This document shows, piece after piece, positions 27,475 to 37,292 of a stretch of DNA of 64,000 bases. The notes under the pieces were generated by a model. It saw only the letters and a program-made list of their open reading frames with translations. It searched no databases and had not been told where the DNA came from. The translations under genes and the position numbers were made by a program. The DNA is from Acidobacteriota bacterium. GTDB taxonomy: Bacteria > Acidobacteriota > Thermoanaerobaculia > Gp7-AA8. The first letter of the stretch is position 1, and the number at the start of each line of letters is the position of its first letter. The stretch spans positions 1 to 64,000 of the forward strand of contig JAFATB010000006.1 of assembly GCA_019244185.1 (NCBI GenBank), in the 5' to 3' direction.

Positions 27475-28989
27475 ATGAAAGCTTTCGCCTGCAGCATCCT
27501 CATCGTCCTCACCGCCGCGACCGCGGCGTTCGCGCAAACACCCGCGTGGCCGGCCGAGCTCGACGCCTACATCGAGAAGGCGCGCACCGACTGGGAAGTG
27601 CCGGGGCTCTCCGTCACCGTCGTGCGCGACGGCAAGCTCCTCGTCGCGAAAGGCTACGGCGTGCGCACGCTCGGCCGGCCGGAGCGCGTCGACGAGAACA
27701 CGATGTTCGACATCGCGTCGGTCTCGAAATCGTTCACCGCCGCCGCCATCGCCACGCTCGTCGACGAAGGGAAGATGCACTGGGACGATCCGGTGCGGCG
27801 CTGGCTGCCGCAGGTCGAATTCTCCGATCCGTACCGCACCGCGAACGTCACCATCCGCGATCTCCTCTGCCACCGCGTCGGCGTCGAGCAGGGCAACTTC
27901 CTCTTCCGCTTCACCGGCTACACGACCGACGAAGTGCTGCGGCGCATGCGCTATCTCAAAGAGAAAGACGCCTTCCGCACGACGATGATCTACTCGAACG
28001 TCGGCTACACCGCCGCCGGCGAAGCAGCGGCCGCCGCCGCGGGCATGCCGTTCACCGAACTGCTGCGCACGCGTCTCCTCGAGCCGCTCGGCATGACCGC
28101 TTCGACGATCGGCGTCCCGCACACCGCGTCGCCGAATCACGCGTCGCCGCACGGCCCCGTCGACGGCATCCAGCGACCGATCGATCACACGAAAGCGCTG
28201 AACATCCTCCCCGCGGACGCGATCAACTCGACGCCGCTCGACATCGCGAAGTGGATGCTCTTCCAGCTCGGCGACGGCACCTGGAACGGCAAAACCCTCA
28301 TCTCCAAAGCATCGATGACCCAGATGCACGAGCCGCAGAACATCATCGCTACGACGCCCGACATGCGCGCGAACCGCGGCGTGCAGTTCTTCGCCGCGTA
28401 CGCGCTCGGCTGGCAGGTGATGGACTACCGCGGCCACAAGCTCATCTGGCACAGCGGCTCCGGCGACGGCATGCCGGTCTACATGGCGCTCCTCCCCGAC
28501 GAGCACATCGGCGTCATGGTGATGATCAACACCTGGAACGCGCCGGTGCTGCACGGCACGATCGCCGCGAAGATCTTCGACGTGCTGCTCGGTCTGCCGA
28601 GCACCGGCGGCGACACGGCGGCGGAAGCAGCCGCGTATCGCAAACGCACCGCGCAAGCCGACGCGGAACGCCGCGCGCTCGACACGCCGCCCGCGCCGAT
28701 CGCGAAGCCGTCGCGCCCGCTCGACGCCTACGCCGGCACGTACGTCGATCCGCTGTACGGCGAGATGCACGTGACGCTCGTGAACGGCGCGCTCGTGCTG
28801 CAGTTCGCGCGCGGCGAACGCGCCGATCTGAAGCCGTGGCAATACGACACGTTCCGGGTCGCGTGGCGCGATCGCGTGTACGAGGACTTCGACACCTTCG
28901 CCACGTTCTCGCTCGACGCGCACGGCACGCCGCACCGTTTCGACATGCAGCTCAACCGCGACAACGTCGAGGCGACGCGGTCGCAATAG
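27475..28989 (+). CDS. Secreted serine hydrolase, beta-lactamase/AmpC-like, with DUF3471-like C-terminal domain
   Basis: IASVSKSF (SxxK), YSN and HSG motifs; YAGTY.DPLYG C-terminal domain; signal peptide. Confidence 0.9.
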   Translation: MKAFACSILIVLTAATAAFAQTPAWPAELDAYIEKARTDWEVPGLSVTVVRDGKLLVAKGYGVRTLGRPERVDENTMFDIASVSKSFTAAAIATLVDEGKMHWDDPVRRWLPQVEFSDPYRTANVTIRDLLCHRVGVEQGNFLFRFTGYTTDEVLRRMRYLKEKDAFRTTMIYSNVGYTAAGEAAAAAAGMPFTELLRTRLLEPLGMTASTIGVPHTASPNHASPHGPVDGIQRPIDHTKALNILPADAINSTPLDIAKWMLFQLGDGTWNGKTLISKASMTQMHEPQNIIATTPDMRANRGVQFFAAYALGWQVMDYRGHKLIWHSGSGDGMPVYMALLPDEHIGVMVMINTWNAPVLHGTIAAKIFDVLLGLPSTGGDTAAEAAAYRKRTAQADAERRALDTPPAPIAKPSRPLDAYAGTYVDPLYGEMHVTLVNGALVLQFARGERADLKPWQYDTFRVAWRDRVYEDFDTFATFSLDAHGTPHRFDMQLNRDNVEATRSQ

Positions 28990-29037
28990 GCCGCCGCGCG
29001 GAAGCAGTCGCGGCCTCGCGCTGTTACGCGCCGGGTC

Positions 29038-30666
29038 ATGATCTCCTTCGCCAACGTCAGCAAGCAGTACGGCAAACAGGTCCTCTTCGTCGACGCGTCG
29101 TTCCAGCTCAACCCCGGCGAGAAAGCCGGGCTCGTGGGGCCGAACGGCGCCGGCAAGTCGACGCTGTTCCGCATGATCGTCGGCGAAGAAGCGCCGGACG
29201 ACGGCGTCGTCAGCCTGCCGAAGAAAATCTCCATCGGCTACTTCCGCCAGGAGGTCGACGAGATGGGCGGCCGCCCCGTCCTCGATGAAGTCATCGCGGG
29301 CAGCGGCCGCCTCGGCGCGCTGCATCACGAGCTGCTCGAGCTCGAGCAGGCCATCGGCGACGTCGCTCGTCCCGACTACGACGCCGTCCTCGAGCGCTTC
29401 GGTCACGTGCAGGAGGAGTATCAGCACCTCGGCGGCTACGAGCTCGAGGCACGCGCCCGCGAGGTGCTGCACGGCCTCGGCTTCGCCGACGAGCAGATCG
29501 ACGGCGACGTCGGTGCGCTCTCCGGCGGCTGGAAGATGCGCGTGTCGATGGCCCGCATCCTCCTCGGCAAGTTCGACGTGCTGCTGCTCGACGAGCCGAC
29601 GAACCACCTCGACATCGAATCGATCGTCTGGCTGGAGCGCTTCCTCAAGAGCGTTCCGTCGACGATCCTCATGACCTCGCACGACCGCGACTTCATGAAT
29701 CGCATCGTCGCGAAGATCATCGAGATCGACGACGGCGACATCCTCACCTACTCCGGCAACTACGACTTCTATGTCCGCGAGCGCGAGCAGCGCGAGGCCA
29801 ATCAGGAAGCGGCGTACGCGCGGCAGCAGGCCAAGCTCGCGAAGGAGCAGCGTTTCATCGAGCGCTTCACCGCGCACGCCGCGAAAGCCGCGCAGGTGCA
29901 GAGCCGCATCAAGATGCTGGAGAAGCAGGAGCGCATCGAGCCGCCGAAGAAACGCCGCGCGATGAAGTTCGACTTCCGCGCGCCGCAGCGCTCCGGCGAG
30001 GACGTGGCCATGCTCGAGTCGGTCTCGAAGTCGTTCGGCCCGCGCACGATCTACGACGGCTTCTCGTTCAAGATCCGCCGAGGGGAGCGGTGGTGCGTGA
30101 TGGGGAAGAACGGCGCGGGCAAGTCGACGCTGCTGAAGATGGTTGCCGGCGCGCTGACGCCCGACGCCGGCAACGTGCGCCTCGGCGCGAGCCTGAAGCT
30201 GGGCTACTTCGCGCAGCAGTCGCTCGACCTGCTCGATCCCGAGCTCACGGTGCTCGAGCAGATCCAGAAAGACTTTCCGCTCGAAGGCCTCGGCACGCTG
30301 CGCAACCTCCTCGGCGCGTTTCAGTTCTCCGGTGACGACGTCGACAAACGCATCCGCTCGCTGAGCGGCGGCGAGAAGTCGCGTCTGGTCATGGCGCGCA
30401 TGCTTCTCGATCCGCCGAACTTCCTCGTGCTCGACGAGCCGACGAACCATCTCGATCTCGCCACGAAAGAGATGCTCGTCGACGCGCTGCAGGACTTCGA
30501 AGGCACGATGCTCTTCGTCTCGCACGACCGCACCTTCCTGCGCGGCCTCGCCACGCGCGTGCTCGAGCTCGCGCCGGACGATCATCCGTCGCCGCTGCCG
30601 TACGGCGGTTCCTATGTCGAATACGTGGAGAAAACCGGACGCGAGGCGCCCGGCGTGCACGCGTGA
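29038..30666 (+). CDS. ABC-F family ATPase
   Basis: Two ABC cassettes (GPNGAGKST/LSGGW/DEPTNHLD and GKNGAGKST/LSGGE/DEPTNHLD); no TM segments. Confidence 0.95.
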   Translation: MISFANVSKQYGKQVLFVDASFQLNPGEKAGLVGPNGAGKSTLFRMIVGEEAPDDGVVSLPKKISIGYFRQEVDEMGGRPVLDEVIAGSGRLGALHHELLELEQAIGDVARPDYDAVLERFGHVQEEYQHLGGYELEARAREVLHGLGFADEQIDGDVGALSGGWKMRVSMARILLGKFDVLLLDEPTNHLDIESIVWLERFLKSVPSTILMTSHDRDFMNRIVAKIIEIDDGDILTYSGNYDFYVREREQREANQEAAYARQQAKLAKEQRFIERFTAHAAKAAQVQSRIKMLEKQERIEPPKKRRAMKFDFRAPQRSGEDVAMLESVSKSFGPRTIYDGFSFKIRRGERWCVMGKNGAGKSTLLKMVAGALTPDAGNVRLGASLKLGYFAQQSLDLLDPELTVLEQIQKDFPLEGLGTLRNLLGAFQFSGDDVDKRIRSLSGGEKSRLVMARMLLDPPNFLVLDEPTNHLDLATKEMLVDALQDFEGTMLFVSHDRTFLRGLATRVLELAPDDHPSPLPYGGSYVEYVEKTGREAPGVHA

Positions 30667-31113
30667 TTACAAGACCCCGAACGCTCGCTCCGTCACCTTC
30701 CGGCCATTGATCACGACCACCGCGCGATGCGGTCCCGGCATCCAGTGCGACGTCGCGCCGGTCGAGAACGCCGCGTAGCGCGCGCCTTCGGGAACGTGAC
30801 GCGATTCGGTGCGCTCGACCGCGCCGTCCGCGTTCACCCACTTCACTTCGATCAGCGCATCGGTGCTCGCGCCCGAGACGTCGATCGACAGAAAGACATC
30901 CTGACCGCGCGCGAAGGAATCGATCGTCGCGTCCGCCGGCACCGCACCCGACGGCGCGAGCGCGGATCCGAGCGCATACGGATCGCGCGCGAGCGCAGCC
31001 GCCGTATTCACTGCGGCGCGCGCCGCACGCACTGGTTTGCGTCCGCTGCTCGAACGCCCCACCACCGCCACCAGCAACAGCAGAGCTGCCGCCGTACTCA
31101 ATGCTTTCGTCAA
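30667..31113 (-). CDS. Hypothetical exported protein with small beta-sandwich domain
   Basis: ggagg RBS before a TTG start; hydrophobic N-terminus; W.PG..R.VV.ING motif. Confidence 0.6.
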   Translation of the reverse strand: MTKALSTAAALLLLVAVVGRSSSGRKPVRAARAAVNTAAALARDPYALGSALAPSGAVPADATIDSFARGQDVFLSIDVSGASTDALIEVKWVNADGAVERTESRHVPEGARYAAFSTGATSHWMPGPHRAVVVINGRKVTERAFGVL

Positions 31114-31176
31114 ACGAGATCCTCCGGGACGAAAACTGCTGATTTAGGAGGCGGTCACTGCAGGTTCCATGCAAGG

Positions 31177-32832
31177 TTATTTGCAGCCACGAGCGAGCTC
31201 GAGCGCCGCACGCGCGCTCGGATACAGCGCGTGCGCCGCGTGCGCATACGCGCAACGCTCGCGTCGCCGCGACACGCGCGCGGCGCGCAGCTGGATACGA
31301 TAGCTGCCGGGATCGACGTGCGCCGCGTGCGTGACCGATGCGCGGTCGCCCTGCACGTAGAGGTTCATCGCCACGATCGACGACGCGCTGTGCGTCGCGC
31401 CGAGCGCGCAGAGCGCGAGCGCGGCGAACGCGATCCAGCGCGGCGCGCGGGTGGGCGGGAGGGGGGGTGCTGGAGGAACCACAGGCGCGGATGCGACGAC
31501 CTCAGCGGACGCGATTGCATCCGCCGGCGTATCGACATGCAGCGGCTCCGCGACATTCACCGGTGCGGAGACAGGCGCGGGCGGCGCCTGCGCCGACAAC
31601 ACGCCGAGCGTCGTCCAGACGAGCAGCGACGGCAGCGCGAGCAGCAGCACGGCGTCGAACGCGCCGGCGACGGCCGCCGCGGCGAGCGTGCCGAGGAGCG
31701 CGACGGCGGCGAAGGCGTCGGCGGGATCGCGTGACGTGCGCAGTCGCGCGAACGCGCTGGCGGCGATCCGCAGGAGCGCGAGAAAGAGCAGCGCCGCGGC
31801 GGCGATGCCGCGTTCGGAGACGAAGGCGATCCAGTCGCTGCTCGGCCACGGATTCGACGTCATGCCGGTGTCATGCGGATCGAGCGACGGATCGTGGCGC
31901 GCGGCGCGCGACGGATAGACCACCGGCCAGTTGCCGGGACCGACGCCGAGGAGCGGATGGCGGAGCGACAGGCGCAGCGACTCGGCGTATTGCACGAGGC
32001 GGCCGTGACCGCTGCCGCTCTGATAGTCGCCGACGCGCTTCATCGTCTCGAGATACGGGTTGTCGCTGCGCCAGTGCAGTGCGTTCGGCAGCAGCAGCGC
32101 GAGCGCGATGCCGGCGCCGCTGCAGACGACGAGTGCGAAGAGGCGCCGCCACATGCGGCCTTCGCGGCGCAGCGCGGGCGCGAACACGATCGCCGCGAAG
32201 AGCACGACCGACACGATGCCGAATGCGAGCAACGCCGCGCGCGAGCGCGTGAGGACGAGCGTCGCCAGCACGAGCGCGCTTCCGATCGCCGGCCAGCGCA
32301 CGCGTCGCGCGCGCATCGTCACGAGCAGCAGCGCGGGCCAGCCGAATGCCGCCGCGTGCGCGACGAAGTTGCGGTTGCCGAGCGTGCCGCCCGGCGCGCG
32401 GTTCTCGGAGAAGATCGTGAGGTCGAGGCCGTACGTCTGCAGCAGCGACGTGATCGCGATGAGCACCGTCGCCCACGCCACCGCGGTGACGAGGCCGCGG
32501 TCGCGTCCCTGCTCGCGCAGCGCACGCGCCGTCCAGAAGACGACGAGCGACGACGCGCTGATCGCGAGCGCGCGTTCCGCCGCCCAGCGGTTCGTCGCGA
32601 AAAGCGCGGAGAGCGCGGACAGGCCGAGGTACGCGGCGAGGAAGCGATCGGTGCGCGACCACGACATGCGGCCGAGCGCGCGCCACGCGCCGATGCCCGC
32701 GAGCAGCGCCGTCGCGTGCAACACGAGCTCCTTCGGCACGAAGAAGCGATCGAGCTCGAACGCGTTCAGCGTCGCCACCGCAATCACGATCGCGAGCGCG
32801 CCGAGTTGCAGCACGCGTCGAGCGAAGCCCAT
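31177..32832 (-). CDS. O-antigen ligase (Wzy_C)-family membrane protein
   Basis: GGTLGNRNF, LTRSRAA and HPLLGVGPGNW motifs; many TMs. Confidence 0.8.
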   Translation of the reverse strand: MGFARRVLQLGALAIVIAVATLNAFELDRFFVPKELVLHATALLAGIGAWRALGRMSWSRTDRFLAAYLGLSALSALFATNRWAAERALAISASSLVVFWTARALREQGRDRGLVTAVAWATVLIAITSLLQTYGLDLTIFSENRAPGGTLGNRNFVAHAAAFGWPALLLVTMRARRVRWPAIGSALVLATLVLTRSRAALLAFGIVSVVLFAAIVFAPALRREGRMWRRLFALVVCSGAGIALALLLPNALHWRSDNPYLETMKRVGDYQSGSGHGRLVQYAESLRLSLRHPLLGVGPGNWPVVYPSRAARHDPSLDPHDTGMTSNPWPSSDWIAFVSERGIAAAALLFLALLRIAASAFARLRTSRDPADAFAAVALLGTLAAAAVAGAFDAVLLLALPSLLVWTTLGVLSAQAPPAPVSAPVNVAEPLHVDTPADAIASAEVVASAPVVPPAPPLPPTRAPRWIAFAALALCALGATHSASSIVAMNLYVQGDRASVTHAAHVDPGSYRIQLRAARVSRRRERCAYAHAAHALYPSARAALELARGCK

Positions 32833-32859
32833 CGGCGCGATGATACGGTAACGCGACCG

Positions 32860-33048
32860 ATGACCGCATTCGTCTCCGTCTCCTGCCCGTACTGCGGCGA
32901 GCCCGCGGAGCTCGACGTCGACGATGACGGCGCGAGCCGCCAGTCGTACATTCAGGACTGCCCGGTGTGCTGCCAGCCGTGGCAGGTCGAAGTCACGCGC
33001 GACCGCGACGGCGACTGGAGCGCCACGCTCCGAACGGGCGACGAGTAA
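32860..33048 (+). CDS. CPXCG-motif cysteine-rich small protein
   Basis: CPYCGE...QSYIQDCPVCCQPW. Confidence 0.88.
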   Translation: MTAFVSVSCPYCGEPAELDVDDDGASRQSYIQDCPVCCQPWQVEVTRDRDGDWSATLRTGDE

Positions 33049-33067
33049 CGCTATCGATCGCGCTATG

Positions 33068-33589
33068 TCAGCGATCCCGATAGAACAGATCGACCACGAT
33101 CTCCGGCCGGCGATGCCCGAGCTGCTCGCCGGTGTAGCGCGCGTCGTACTGCATCCCGAGCCGCGCGGCGACGCGCTTCGACGCCTCGTTCGGCGGATCG
33201 ATGATCGCCACGACGCGCGGATGCGCGAGCGTCTCCAGCACGTGCTGCATCGCCGCCGCGCCCGCCTCGGTCGCGTAGCCGCGTCCCCAGACTTCGCGCG
33301 AGAAGATCCAGCCGATCTCGTACCTGCCGGTCGTGCCGAGGGGCTGCGTGCCGCTGATGCCGACGAGGCGGTTCGTCGACTTCTCGATCACCGCGCCCAT
33401 GCAGACGTCGAGCTCTGCCATCTGCCGCTCGTGCCGCGCGAAGAACTCATCCGTCTCCGCTTGCGTGTACGGCAACCCGCCGTGCACGTAGCGCATGACT
33501 TCGGGATCTTCGGTGAGCGCCTGAAATTGCGGGCGGTCTTCGGCGGTCCAGGGGCGGATGACGAGGCGTTCGGTCTCCAGTCGGAACAT
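33068..33589 (-). CDS. GNAT N-acetyltransferase (RimJ/RimL-like)
   Basis: LETERL.IRP, WGRGYATE and NEASKRVA.RLG motifs. Confidence 0.92.
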   Translation of the reverse strand: MFRLETERLVIRPWTAEDRPQFQALTEDPEVMRYVHGGLPYTQAETDEFFARHERQMAELDVCMGAVIEKSTNRLVGISGTQPLGTTGRYEIGWIFSREVWGRGYATEAGAAAMQHVLETLAHPRVVAIIDPPNEASKRVAARLGMQYDARYTGEQLGHRRPEIVVDLFYRDR

Positions 33590-33618
33590 GGGGCGAGAGA
33601 ATACCGTTCTATGAGCGC

Positions 33619-34347
33619 TTGAGCGACAACACGCAAATCGAATGGACGGACGCGACGTGGAATCCGCTGCGCGGCTGTACGAAGATCAGCCCTGGCTGCA
33701 CGCATTGCTATGCCGAGACGTTCGCCGAGCGCTTCCGTGGCGTGCCCAACCATCCGTACGAACAGGGCTTCGATTTGCGCCTCGTGCCGGAGAAGCTCTC
33801 CGCGCCGCTCGAGTGGCGCCGTCCGCGCCGCATCTTCGTCAACTCGATGAGCGACCTCTTCCACGAGGACGCGCCGGCGGAGTACATCGCCCGCGTCTGC
33901 GACACGATGCGCGCCGCCGACTGGCACACGTACCAGGTGCTGACCAAGCGCGCCGATCGCCTGCACGCGATGCTCAATGGTCCACTGGTTGACCATGCCC
34001 GGCTGCCGCACATCTGGTGGGGCGTGAGCGTCGAGAACCGCAAGTACGGACTGCCGCGCATCGACCTGCTGCGCGACACGCCCGCCGCGGTACGCTTCCT
34101 TTCCGTCGAGCCGCTCCTCGAAGACCTCGGCACCGTCGATCTCACCGGCATCCACTGGGTCATCGCCGGCGGCGAATCGGGACATCGCGCGCGGCCGCTC
34201 GATCCGGAGTGGGTGCGCTCGCTGCGCGATCAATGCGCCGCGGCGGGCGTCGCGTTCTTCTTCAAGCAATGGGGCGGACGGCAGAAGAAGAAAAACGGCC
34301 GCGTGCTCGACGGCCGGACGTGGGACGAGATTCCTTCGTTCAACTAG
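33619..34347 (+). CDS. Phage Gp37/Gp68 family (DUF5131) three-Cys-motif protein
   Basis: IEWTDATWNP..GC.KISPGC.HCYA, FVNSMSDLFH, LTKR, GGESG and FFFKQWGG motifs. Confidence 0.93.
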   Translation: MSDNTQIEWTDATWNPLRGCTKISPGCTHCYAETFAERFRGVPNHPYEQGFDLRLVPEKLSAPLEWRRPRRIFVNSMSDLFHEDAPAEYIARVCDTMRAADWHTYQVLTKRADRLHAMLNGPLVDHARLPHIWWGVSVENRKYGLPRIDLLRDTPAAVRFLSVEPLLEDLGTVDLTGIHWVIAGGESGHRARPLDPEWVRSLRDQCAAAGVAFFFKQWGGRQKKKNGRVLDGRTWDEIPSFN

Positions 34348-34784
34348 AGGTGCCGGATGGTGATCCCGCCCCATTTCGCGGCGAGATACTCCGCCGCGAT
34401 GCGGCGATGGCAATGTTCCGGCGTGGCCTCGCTGCAGAGCAGTACCGAGCGCACGTCGAAGAGCGAGCGCGGAAGCTCCTTCTCCACTTTCCGCTCGCGC
34501 AACAGCGCCGCATACGCCTGCTCGTAATCCGCCCACGTGAGCTTTCCCGCGCGATACGCCTCGAAGTCTTCCTGACGCGGCGTGAGCAGCAGCTCGTGCA
34601 CGTACTCCGCGTCCACGATCTCGCGCAGGAAGAACTCGAGGTCGTGCTTCTTCGTGAAGCCCGCCAGCTGCGAGACGTTGTTGAGGCGGACGTCGATCAG
34701 GCGTTGGACCTTCGCGCGTCGCAGCGCGCCGAAGAAATCGGCGGCGCTCTTCTTCGTGAAGCCGATCGTGCAGAGCTCGATCAC
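34344..34784 (-). CDS. DUF488 family protein
   Basis: TIGFT, LIDVRL and LLCSE....CHR motifs. Confidence 0.88.
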   Translation of the reverse strand: MIELCTIGFTKKSAADFFGALRRAKVQRLIDVRLNNVSQLAGFTKKHDLEFFLREIVDAEYVHELLLTPRQEDFEAYRAGKLTWADYEQAYAALLRERKVEKELPRSLFDVRSVLLCSEATPEHCHRRIAAEYLAAKWGGITIRHL

Positions 34785-34789
34785 GCCCG

Positions 34790-34796
34790 TAGAATA
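34790..34796. promoter_or_regulatory. Overlapping bidirectional -10 elements for two leaderless divergent genes
   Basis: TAGAAT-N6-ATG (34802) on plus; TATTCT-N6-GTG (34784) on minus. Confidence 0.6.
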
Positions 34797-34801
34797 GCCG
34801 C

Positions 34802-35368
34802 ATGGGGCAGAAATCGAAGGAAGTCGACGCGTACATCGCGAATGCCGCGCCGTTCGCGCGACCGATCCTCGAGCGCATCCGCCGCGCGTTTCACGAAGCC
34901 GATCCCGACCTCGTCGAAACGATCAAGTGGCGCAATCCAACCTTCGAGCACGACGGCATCCTCGGCGCGATGTCGGCGCACAAGCAGCACGTGAACTGGG
35001 GCTTCTGGCTCGAGCTCGCGAACGAGGGGCTCACGCGCGTGCACGACGTCTCCGAGCTGCCGTCGGAAGAAGAGATCGTCGCGCGCGTGAAGAACGCGAT
35101 GAAGCTGCGCGCGTCGGGCGCGAAGCTGCAGCGCGCGCCGCGCAAGGAAGCCGCGCCGGTCGACGTCCCCGACGATCTCGCCGCCGCGCTGAAGAAACAC
35201 GCCAAGGCGCGCGCGACGTTCGAACAGTTTCCGCCGAGTCACCGCCGCGAGTACATCCAGTGGATCACCGAGGCGAAGCAGGCCGCGACGCGGGAAAAAA
35301 GGATCGCCACCACGCTGGAATGGCTCGCGGAAGGAAAGCCGCGGAACTGGAAGTACATGAAGAAATAG
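34802..35368 (+). CDS. DUF1801 + YdeI/OmpD-associated protein
   Basis: VDAYI...FARPIL, ETIKW..P and PSHRREY..WITEAK...TR.KR motifs. Confidence 0.9.
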   Translation: MGQKSKEVDAYIANAAPFARPILERIRRAFHEADPDLVETIKWRNPTFEHDGILGAMSAHKQHVNWGFWLELANEGLTRVHDVSELPSEEEIVARVKNAMKLRASGAKLQRAPRKEAAPVDVPDDLAAALKKHAKARATFEQFPPSHRREYIQWITEAKQAATREKRIATTLEWLAEGKPRNWKYMKK

Positions 35369-35376
35369 CGCGGCAA

Positions 35377-36144
35377 TTACGGCTCGTCGAGAAACGAGAG
35401 GATGATCGGATTCACCCACTCCGGCCGCTCGCCGAACGTGTTGTGTCCGGTCTTCGGCAGGATGCAGAGGCGCGCGTCCGGCAGCGCGCGGTAGAGCGCG
35501 ATCGTGTGATCCATCAGGATCTCGTCGTGATCGCCGGCCAGGACGAGCACGGAGCGATGGAGGCCGTGCAGCAGTTCGGGACTCAGCTCCGCCGGCGTCG
35601 GCGACGTCAGCCAGAGATGATTGAGTTTCGCGTCGAGCGAGAGCTGCGCGGCGCCGGTCGTGCGCGCCTCCTTCTCGCGCATCTCCGCGAGATCGGGCAG
35701 GCCTTCGGGTGAGAAGTTCGCGCCGCTGACGATGAGGCGGCGCACGAGATCGGGACGGCGGATGCCGAGGATCAGCGCCACGATGCCGCCGTCGCTCCAG
35801 CCGACCACGTCGACGTTCTTCAGATGCAGTTCGTCGAGCAGCGCCGCGGTGTCGCTCGCCATCGCCGCGTACGACAGCGGACCTGTCGTCGCCGGAGTGT
35901 GACCGTGCCCCACCTGCTCGGGCGCGACGATCGCGTGCGACAGCGCGAAGCGCGACAGCTGATGTGAGAACGAGCCGTCGACGGTGTTGCCGCCGCCGTG
36001 GAGCAGCAGCAGCGGACGTCCGGCGCCGCGCGTCTCGTAGTAGAGCGGATGTCCGTTGACGGTCGTCGTGTGCGAGCGCGCGAAGCAGCCGGTGGCGGCG
36101 AACGCGAGCAGGAAAAAGAAAAAGCGGCGCGTCATGCCGTGCAT
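35377..36144 (-). CDS. Alpha/beta hydrolase
   Basis: LLHGG, GHG.T, GWSDGG nucleophile elbow, GDHD and GH motifs. Confidence 0.92.
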   Translation of the reverse strand: MHGMTRRFFFFLLAFAATGCFARSHTTTVNGHPLYYETRGAGRPLLLLHGGGNTVDGSFSHQLSRFALSHAIVAPEQVGHGHTPATTGPLSYAAMASDTAALLDELHLKNVDVVGWSDGGIVALILGIRRPDLVRRLIVSGANFSPEGLPDLAEMREKEARTTGAAQLSLDAKLNHLWLTSPTPAELSPELLHGLHRSVLVLAGDHDEILMDHTIALYRALPDARLCILPKTGHNTFGERPEWVNPIILSFLDEP

Positions 36145-36175
36145 GATGCGCCGCCGGTTGCTGACTCGCGAAGAA

Positions 36176-37198
36176 CTACCGCGAGTTCACGTCGCGGACG
36201 AGCAGGATGCGCTGCGCGAGCGGCAGCGACGAATTCGCGTTCGTCACTTCCACCTCGATCACGTCGCCGCGTTCGAGTCCGCTCAGCGGATACGCGCGGC
36301 CGCTCATCTCGATCTGCGCGTTCGACGGGAACTGGACGGTGATGCTGTTCACGCCCGTGCCCGCGTTCGTGTTGAAGCCGGAGATCCAGTTCGCGGAGTC
36401 GAGCTGGATCGTGCGGCGGCTGAGATCGACCGAGCGCACGGTGCCGCGGATCGTCGAGACGTTGTTGTACGTGCCGTTGTTGCTGGATCCGTTGTTGTAC
36501 GTCCCGTTGTTGTTGCTGCTGATGCTGCGCAGCACGTTGATGTCCTGCGCCGAGTAGCGGCCGTTGCCGAGGTCCGTCGTACGGATGTCGACTTCATCGC
36601 CGCGCTCGAGATCGCTCACGCGGTAGGACTGGTTGTTCCAGTACACCGGCGTGTTCGTGCTGAAGTCGACAAGCACGGTCGAGCCGTAGCCGCGATCCAC
36701 TTCGATGGTCCGGCGGCTCGTGTCGATCGAGCGCACGGTGCCGCGGATGCTCGTGGTGTAGCTGCCGTTCGGATAGTTGCCCGTCGGGTAGCTCGAGCCG
36801 TTGTTGTTCGTCGCGTCGTAGAGCACCGACACCGACTGCGCCACGAGCGTGTTGCCCGACTCGTCGACGCGGACCGAGATCTGATCGCCGCGCTCGAGGT
36901 CCTGCGGACGATACGACTGTCCCTGATAGTCGACCGGCGTATTGGCGTCGTAGTAGACGCGCACGGCGCTGCCGCCGCCGTTCGAGAGCATCGAGGTGTT
37001 GTAGCCGCTGACGTTCGTGAGATAGATCGAGCGGTTGCTGAGATCGACCGAGTCGACCGTGCCGCGGATCTCGTAGTTGCCGTTCGCGCCGTTGCCGCCG
37101 TTGCCGCCGCCGAGGATGTCGCCGATGCCCGACGAGCCGCAGGCGGCGAGCAGGAGGAGCGCTAAACTCGCTGCTGCCAATGATTTGTAGTGTTTCAT
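36176..37198 (-). CDS. Lipoprotein with three DUF5666-like repeats
   Basis: LAAC lipobox; three copies of IRGTV.S.D.S.R.I ... LERGD separated by Asn/Gly-rich linkers. Confidence 0.8.
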   Translation of the reverse strand: MKHYKSLAAASLALLLLAACGSSGIGDILGGGNGGNGANGNYEIRGTVDSVDLSNRSIYLTNVSGYNTSMLSNGGGSAVRVYYDANTPVDYQGQSYRPQDLERGDQISVRVDESGNTLVAQSVSVLYDATNNNGSSYPTGNYPNGSYTTSIRGTVRSIDTSRRTIEVDRGYGSTVLVDFSTNTPVYWNNQSYRVSDLERGDEVDIRTTDLGNGRYSAQDINVLRSISSNNNGTYNNGSSNNGTYNNVSTIRGTVRSVDLSRRTIQLDSANWISGFNTNAGTGVNSITVQFPSNAQIEMSGRAYPLSGLERGDVIEVEVTNANSSLPLAQRILLVRDVNSR

Positions 37199-37226
37199 CG
37201 TACGTAGTCTCCCGCTCCTCGGAAGA

Positions 37227-37240
37227 GCAGAAAGCGTGCC
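37227..37240 (-). promoter_or_regulatory. Putative sigma54 -24/-12 promoter
   Basis: Minus-strand GGCACGCTTTCTGC (GG-N10-GC), ~30 nt upstream of the lipoprotein start. Confidence 0.5.
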
Positions 37241-37292
37241 CTGATTCGCCGGCTTGGGTTGCCAACCGGCCGGTCGGTTTACACTAGCGCGC

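Noticed and set aside
33619-34347. Prophage around the Gp37/Gp68 gene
   Set aside because: No structural, integrase or replication genes nearby.
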